Made by a program: the position numbers and the translations under genes
NCBI GenBank assembly: GCA_036787895.1
Contig: DAIQOK010000018.1
Location: 2,071-66,070 of the forward strand
Length of the DNA stretch: 64,000 bases
Direction of reading: 5' to 3'
Source of the DNA: Bacteroidota bacterium
Lineage (GTDB): Bacteria; Bacteroidota; Bacteroidia; UBA7662
Part shown: positions 59,001 through 64,000 of the stretch, one piece after another
Layout: each line of letters begins with the position of its first letter
Position numbering within the stretch: the first letter of the stretch is position 1
Notes under the pieces: generated by a model
Database searches by the model: none
Told to the model about the DNA's origin: nothing
The model's input: the letters and a program-made list of their open reading frames with translations, nothing else

Positions 59001-62000
59001 CAGCCACAGATTATACTCCTGCGACCATTGGTTTTAATATCAATCCAACCAGTCGAGGGAGTATAACGGTAAAACCTGTGGCGTTCGAGCATCCGAGTGT
59101 TACAATTACCGGGAGATCCTTAGCGTATTATTGGCGGGTAAGTCAGGCAAATTTTGTGTTGGGCGCGGCAAAGGTCTCTCATGCATATACCTATGTTAAT
59201 GCTGACATAATTACCGGGGCCAATATTACGGAAGATGGCTATGTAGCTGCCCGATTCGATATTGGTAACAATGGCTGGGTGCCGGGCACTGTGGCAGATG
59301 TGGATGATGCCGCGAATCAGATCAATTTTAATACGCCCACTTTTGAATCAACCATTGCAGGCGATTTTACAGCCGGGGATAATTCACCGGATAATCCATT
59401 CGGAACGGTTACCGTATATTATAGCCGTCAAAGTGGTCCCTATAACGATGTGAACACCTGGAGCACGGTTAGCCACTCGGTAAACTCTCCACCTGCATCT
59501 ATTCCCAATGCCAACAGTATCGTGCGAATAGGTGACGGCTCGTCGGCATTTCACACCATTACAGTGAATGCCAATGGTGCGCTTTCAGGTAGTCTGGTCA
59601 TTGGCGGTGGTTCAGTGCTGAATCTTGGTCAGACGACAGGTCATAATTTTGGCGCAATCGAAGGAGAAACAGTTTCCGGAAATGGTCGACTTCGTATCGA
59701 CAGAAATGCAGCTACTTATATTTTTCCAGCCGGTGACTTCGGCACTTTTCTGGATGCTAACGGAGGAGAAGTGGAGTACTACAACAGCACAGCGAACGCC
59801 GTTAACCTGCCTGAGAGCCCTGTTACTTACCGCAATCTAATTCTGAATGCACAATCGACAGGTATCATTACCCTACCAGCCGCTGCATTGCTGATTTACG
59901 ATTCTCTCAAGTGTATTTCTGCTGCCAGTAGACAGGTATATTCTTATAATACAGCTGCCGCAGGAGGCAATATCACTGTTCTGAAAGATTTAGTTGTAGA
60001 TGGCGGCATACTGGAAATCAGAAATACCGGCAATGCGCGAAATTGGCAAATTGGTGGAAACATTCGTGTAGCGGCCAGCGCTATTTTACGTGTTCAATCA
60101 GGAGGAACGAATACAACTCACACTTTTAACGTGAGTAGGAATATCATCAATAATGGAACGTTTGACTTTTTCCAGTCGGCTACCCTCAGCATAAACATCA
60201 ATTTTACGGGAGATTCATTGGCGGCTATTACTGGTACCACCGGAGCTGCCACCACTGAGCTGGCTAATATTACGGTTGATAAAGGAAACAGCTGTGCAAC
60301 AGGACTTACGATTAACGTTGCCGGAAGTTTAACAGCACCTGCCAACAATTGGTTGAACCTGGTGAATGGTTATGTAGATTTTGCCAAATCGGCAACTACA
60401 ATTACCCTAACCAATACTGCCAGTGTATTCGAAATTCCAGCCAGTAGTTGTTTGAAATTGAGTGGTACAAGTTCTACGATTTGGGTGGGGAATGTCGCGA
60501 GCGACGCTGCCGATTTAGCGTTGCGCGGTACACTGGAGATCAGTAACGGCACATTTAACATCGGGAATACCGCTAATAACAATAACAATGATATTGAAAT
60601 TGCACCAGCTGGTAATCCGAAACTATTCGTTACCGGCGGTGTGCTGAATGTCAATGGTCAAATCAGACGCTCACTGGCCAGTACGGCAGGGGCTTTGTTT
60701 TACAGACAAGCGAATGCCAGTACCGTAAATATTTATGGCCGCAATCACAATTCAGCCCGAGGTAAAATTGAGGTAGTTAACAACACTGCCTTTTTTGAAA
60801 TGACAGGTTCTCCTACGCTGAATATTTATCGGGGTGGAGCGGTAACTTTTGCCGATTTGTATGTCCGACCCGATAGCAGTTTTGTGAATGGTGGCACTGT
60901 AAGGTTAAAACCAACAGCTGTGGGCAGCAGTCAGGTTTACCGTTTTGATGTAACCTACAGTTTTTGGAATCTTGAAATCGAAGGCGATGGTGCAAATACA
61001 GCCACTGTCGAATTGACAGTGAACAGCCTGAATGTTAACAATGAACTCCGGTTGCTTACCAACAGTACCCTCAATACCAATGATTTGAATGTAACCATAG
61101 GTGCAAAGTTGGAACGAATTGGAGCTTATAATGCCGGAGCTAATACCACCCGGATCAATGGAAATCCCAGCCAGATTCTGGGTGCCATGACTGGTACTAA
61201 CGCTTTCAACAATTTTATTGTAGGTTCTGCTGCCGCACTCACGCTTCAAACCGCCAGTCCAATTCGGATCAACGGACTCTTTACCATAGAAACAGCCGCT
61301 ACCATTAACGACAATGCCCAGGAAATTGATTGCCGCGGCAATGTGGTGAACAATGGTGCGCACAATAGCCCCAGCAATAGCTCTGTCAATACCCTTACCC
61401 TGGCTGGGACACCCACACAACAAATAAGTGGTAATGGTAGCTTTGGCAATATAGTGGTTAACAATGGTAACAATGTTAATTTTCTAGGTGAATTCACCAT
61501 CAATCGTCGATTGACACTAACCTTGGGTATCGTTGATCTTGGAGATAGAAAATTAACGATTGGCGTCACAGGAGAAGTTACCGGTTCATTCAGTAATGGA
61601 CGTATGATACGCACCAATGGCGTATTGAGTGATGGGGGATTGACCAAAAATTATCCGGGCAGTTCGCATAATTTTTTATTTCCTGTAGGTGTAGGTGCGC
61701 GGTATACACCGGCACGCATTAACCTAACCGCCAACGGAAATGCAGGCACGCTTACGGTTAAACCCATCAATGTTAAACACCCATCAACACGCGATGCCGC
61801 AGAAAAACAATTGAATTTTTATTGGCAGGTAGATAGTACCGGTTTTGGTGGCCCCGTTACAGCAACCCATACCTATCATTATATCAATTCTGATGTTACT
61901 GGTACTGAATCGAGTTATCGTTTCGGTCGTTATGTTTTTCCCAATTGGGTGCCCATCAATGGGGTGGCAGGTACCATTTCCGCGACAGGCGATAGTATTC

Positions 62001-64000
62001 ATAATGTTGGTGTAAACTATCTCACTGGCGGTATGACAGCTGGTGAAACCAGCGAGTTTGCCGCTGTAAGTACCTATTATAGCCGTAACGCTGTTTGCCC
62101 GGGTGGTTGTGATTGGACCAATGCCACCTCCTGGTCGATAGATGGTCATGAGGGTAGTGCCGTAGCTTCACCTCCGGTGGGTGTGCCGGTAATCATAGCA
62201 ACAGCACATACTGTGAATATTACAGCTAATTCACAATTGGCCGAATCTGTTCAGCTTAATGGAACAGCAATTCTTAATTTGAATCAGACTTTTGCACATA
62301 ACCTGGGTTTGGTATCCGGAACCGGCGTTATTCGTATCCGGGCAACCAATAGCGAGCAATTTGTTTTTCCCGGTGGAAACTATACGGCATTTACCTCAGT
62401 GAACGGGGGAACAGTTGAATTTTATAATGCCGGTAATGGCATTTTACCAACCCAGCTGACTTACAACAAAATAATTTTTAAGGATGCTTCTACGCGCACC
62501 CAGGCGAATGTCGATTGGGTAATTAATGGTGATGTAACGATTGAGGCTGGCAGCATTACCAATACATCCTTCAACCGAAATTGGGAAGTGAGGGCCAACT
62601 GGATCAACCAGGTAGGTACGGCAGGTTTTGTCCCTGGTACGGGTACCGTTACCTTTAATTCTGCCTCTGCTCAAACCATTACTGGCGTAACACAATTTTA
62701 CCGCCTGGCCTCGAGCGGTGGCGGCAGTAAAACTTTGTTGAATGAAGTAACGGTGCAGCACCAGTTGGTGCTCAATGCCGGTCGTATTTATTTGGGAAAC
62801 AATAATCTCATCATGGACTCGCTGGCAAATGCCGGCGGCACACCGGCGGTCGGTGCCATGGTTGTACAGAATGGGACTGGTCGAATTCGCAAAAACTTCC
62901 GGGCAACTTCGGGTGGATTTACTTTTCCCTTAGGCGAAGAAACCGATCAGGCGGAATACAGCCCGGTTACTGTAAGTTTTTCCAGTGCCAACTATGCAGG
63001 TGGGGCATATTTATCGGTGCAGGTAATAGATAATCAGAACCCGACCTGCTCAGGCGGAATCCATTTTTTAAGCAGGTATTGGTCTTTCACAACTAGTGGA
63101 ATTACCAGCTACCAAGCCAATGTAACCGGTCAATATACCGATGCAGACATTAATGGGGTAGAAGCCCAAATTTTTGGACGCATGACACGGCCATCCTTGT
63201 CGTGCCTCAATGGGTCGGCGGCTAATATAGCAGCTAATACCATCGGCATAAGTAATTCGTCGGCATTAAACGACTTTTCGGGAGGTGAAGCACCGGTGGC
63301 TAAACCGACAATTTCAGCAACTTTGCTCAGTTTCGAGCAAATTGGTACAACAAGCATGCGACTTAGATGGACCAAAGGAAATGGAGAAAGAAGGTTGGTT
63401 TTAGCTAAAGCAGCCTCGGCTGTAGATGCTTCGCCAGTGGATGAGGTAGCCTATACAGCCGATAGTGTTTTTGCTCAGGGAAGTCAGCTTGGAACGGGTA
63501 ATTATGTGATTTACGGCAGTACTGATAGCACAGTTTTGCTTACTGGTCTGAACTCGGAAACCAATTATCATTTTGCAGTTTTTGAATATGCAAACAGTGG
63601 CATTGAATCGGCTTATCGTACTGTTTCTCCCGCTTTAGGCAACCAAACCACCTGGGCAGTTGAGCCCACAGTGCAGGCATCGGCACTTCAATTTACGGTG
63701 GTTGGCACTACCACGCTTAATCTGAAATGGACGACAGGGAACGGTGCCCGACGTTTGGTGTTGGGCAAAGCCAATGCAGCAGTAGATGTAGTTCCTGTAG
63801 ATGGGGTTGCTTATACTGCCAATGCCAGTTTTGGTACTGGTTCGGAGCTAGGCACGGGCAACTTTGTTGTCTTTAGCAGCACCATCGATTCGGTGGTGGT
63901 TACCGGCTTGACTATGAATACCACCTACCATTTTAAGGTTTTTGAGTTCAACGGTACCGGTGGCGTTCAGAATTATCTCACAACTGCAGCCCCTGCTGCC
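56078..64000 (+). CDS. Second giant secreted repeat protein, paralog of 46734..55955, 3'-truncated by the window edge (at least 2641 codons)
   Basis: It is not in the ORF track. ATG 56078 is followed by signal peptide MRRCKLKAIPLFLFLLPCSLFGQG. Frame 2 gives exactly 2641 codons to position 64000. The track lists no frame-2 plus-strand ORF fragments in this span, which fits one open frame. The protein is collinear with gene 1 but has a single N-terminal module. Confidence 0.85.
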   Translation, partial: MRRCKLKAIPLFLFLLPCSLFGQGISFVGSSTGFSAVSVANFNVNVPANVQLNDFLIATVSWRTTAGTIATPAGWTSAYQVDNNSISTAVFYRFASANEPVSYNFSKDNTTATTAGIISAYRGVSLKSPLINNSGGTGNNASVTAPTRTTDVDEAWLVAFFSIKEDVSISLATPGGMNRRSFVQATAAANDIAVLLTDEIIPVAGATGTRVSTAALSDRWVAYSIALRPAKIFYSYQSGPWSTANSWTKDPSGTTLLDPAVPTINDSVVVLNGRVITLSASVTTANIGITIQAGAVLDLVGFDLPALSSLNGQGELKISRNTSPAYFPTSGANAFNQAGGGTVSYYYTGGTIDLNTGITEFNNLRLIRETSGSQLYRLNHNLTLHGNLILSRSGTAATEFRLGTSVTARELVIGGNVEIAPNCSLTVHTAGNHSISVAGNFVNNGQVRLTNQSSPDYLTTYTGGLATLTFTGASNASFDCNGITDIYRLVLNKGIDQTFMLTVNTNNSANFRLMGENDQGNTPAQTTTDPNPLVNKALSLRNGTIRFTSNISIPSLTEGGDDFWIPLNTCLWVDGADVATTTVANGTGYQAITISGRLRISSGTFTTANAAGLIYIGDGIIDIEGGTTTVCQMWNIGTGRTTFRQTGGLCILNAIGEPNDGQPVFKLESVDASFQMSGGTLRIANPRTATYGGLDINVSPLNANVTGGTVEFITTGTNNFEFRSTAPFYNLIMTRSGGSGVIQHRVNPLVILNDLSITSNQTYQANNFNLTVGRNFTIESGSTYTPGSSTLTFNGSGFQTFSNSGTISGGLNLLTISKTDTLVLAGSAATFQVNNTFNLNQGVINDGGKTLELRSNIILNGTHTGSGNILMNTASSRTINGNGNGQLANVNLSGPANNTTYTLNAALKVTGVLNFVASGSNQRILDLQQHNLLLDTNASISNNNSVRFIRTNGFQSAGGLTKVYNSNTFVFPVGTATDYTPATIGFNINPTSRGSITVKPVAFEHPSVTITGRSLAYYWRVSQANFVLGAAKVSHAYTYVNADIITGANITEDGYVAARFDIGNNGWVPGTVADVDDAANQINFNTPTFESTIAGDFTAGDNSPDNPFGTVTVYYSRQSGPYNDVNTWSTVSHSVNSPPASIPNANSIVRIGDGSSAFHTITVNANGALSGSLVIGGGSVLNLGQTTGHNFGAIEGETVSGNGRLRIDRNAATYIFPAGDFGTFLDANGGEVEYYNSTANAVNLPESPVTYRNLILNAQSTGIITLPAAALLIYDSLKCISAASRQVYSYNTAAAGGNITVLKDLVVDGGILEIRNTGNARNWQIGGNIRVAASAILRVQSGGTNTTHTFNVSRNIINNGTFDFFQSATLSININFTGDSLAAITGTTGAATTELANITVDKGNSCATGLTINVAGSLTAPANNWLNLVNGYVDFAKSATTITLTNTASVFEIPASSCLKLSGTSSTIWVGNVASDAADLALRGTLEISNGTFNIGNTANNNNNDIEIAPAGNPKLFVTGGVLNVNGQIRRSLASTAGALFYRQANASTVNIYGRNHNSARGKIEVVNNTAFFEMTGSPTLNIYRGGAVTFADLYVRPDSSFVNGGTVRLKPTAVGSSQVYRFDVTYSFWNLEIEGDGANTATVELTVNSLNVNNELRLLTNSTLNTNDLNVTIGAKLERIGAYNAGANTTRINGNPSQILGAMTGTNAFNNFIVGSAAALTLQTASPIRINGLFTIETAATINDNAQEIDCRGNVVNNGAHNSPSNSSVNTLTLAGTPTQQISGNGSFGNIVVNNGNNVNFLGEFTINRRLTLTLGIVDLGDRKLTIGVTGEVTGSFSNGRMIRTNGVLSDGGLTKNYPGSSHNFLFPVGVGARYTPARINLTANGNAGTLTVKPINVKHPSTRDAAEKQLNFYWQVDSTGFGGPVTATHTYHYINSDVTGTESSYRFGRYVFPNWVPINGVAGTISATGDSIHNVGVNYLTGGMTAGETSEFAAVSTYYSRNAVCPGGCDWTNATSWSIDGHEGSAVASPPVGVPVIIATAHTVNITANSQLAESVQLNGTAILNLNQTFAHNLGLVSGTGVIRIRATNSEQFVFPGGNYTAFTSVNGGTVEFYNAGNGILPTQLTYNKIIFKDASTRTQANVDWVINGDVTIEAGSITNTSFNRNWEVRANWINQVGTAGFVPGTGTVTFNSASAQTITGVTQFYRLASSGGGSKTLLNEVTVQHQLVLNAGRIYLGNNNLIMDSLANAGGTPAVGAMVVQNGTGRIRKNFRATSGGFTFPLGEETDQAEYSPVTVSFSSANYAGGAYLSVQVIDNQNPTCSGGIHFLSRYWSFTTSGITSYQANVTGQYTDADINGVEAQIFGRMTRPSLSCLNGSAANIAANTIGISNSSALNDFSGGEAPVAKPTISATLLSFEQIGTTSMRLRWTKGNGERRLVLAKAASAVDASPVDEVAYTADSVFAQGSQLGTGNYVIYGSTDSTVLLTGLNSETNYHFAVFEYANSGIESAYRTVSPALGNQTTWAVEPTVQASALQFTVVGTTTLNLKWTTGNGARRLVLGKANAAVDVVPVDGVAYTANASFGTGSELGTGNFVVFSSTIDSVVVTGLTMNTTYHFKVFEFNGTGGVQNYLTTAAPAA
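63638..64000 (+). repeat. 363-bp segment identical to 54915..55277 (continues past the window end)
   Basis: See the partner feature. The offset is 8723 nt and keeps both copies in their reading frames. Confidence 0.9.

Overview
The window looks like a chromosomal segment from a Bacteroidota-type genome. Supporting signs are a 288-aa primary sigma factor, CarboxypepD_reg-type TonB-dependent receptors, a DUF3822-rsmD-coaD cluster, and lipoproteins with short signal peptides.

Positions 1-46.6 kb are mostly ordinary, tightly packed housekeeping genes: lon, rsgA, dtd, pyrE, coaD, rsmD, lepB, hemE, accD, rpsO-pnp, rpoD, prfC and mutS. Mixed in are two carotenoid genes: crtW, and crtZ translationally coupled to a CarH-like MerR/B12-binding regulator. 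There are also two TonB-dependent receptors, comEC, and a small AT-rich islet. The islet carries a DUF2281 antitoxin, a frameshifted PIN (VapC-like) toxin and an orphan outer-membrane-like protein.

The last 17 kb hold the most unusual content: two tandem, collinear, giant paralogous secreted proteins.
- The first is 46734..55955 (3073 aa).
- The second starts at 56078 and stays open in frame 2 to the window end (at least 2641 codons). It is missing from the supplied ORF track because it has no stop inside the window.
- I cannot assign either protein to a named family.
- Their 3' parts share at least 363 bp of 100% identical DNA with a sharp boundary, although the genes are otherwise diverged.

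Several intergenic regions carry a dispersed family of degenerate repeats. This includes a pair of ~127-bp copies whose hairpin shows a compensatory base-pair change, a 95-bp tandem duplication, and an 18-bp perfect inverted repeat. I saw no rRNA, tRNA, CRISPR array or transposase.
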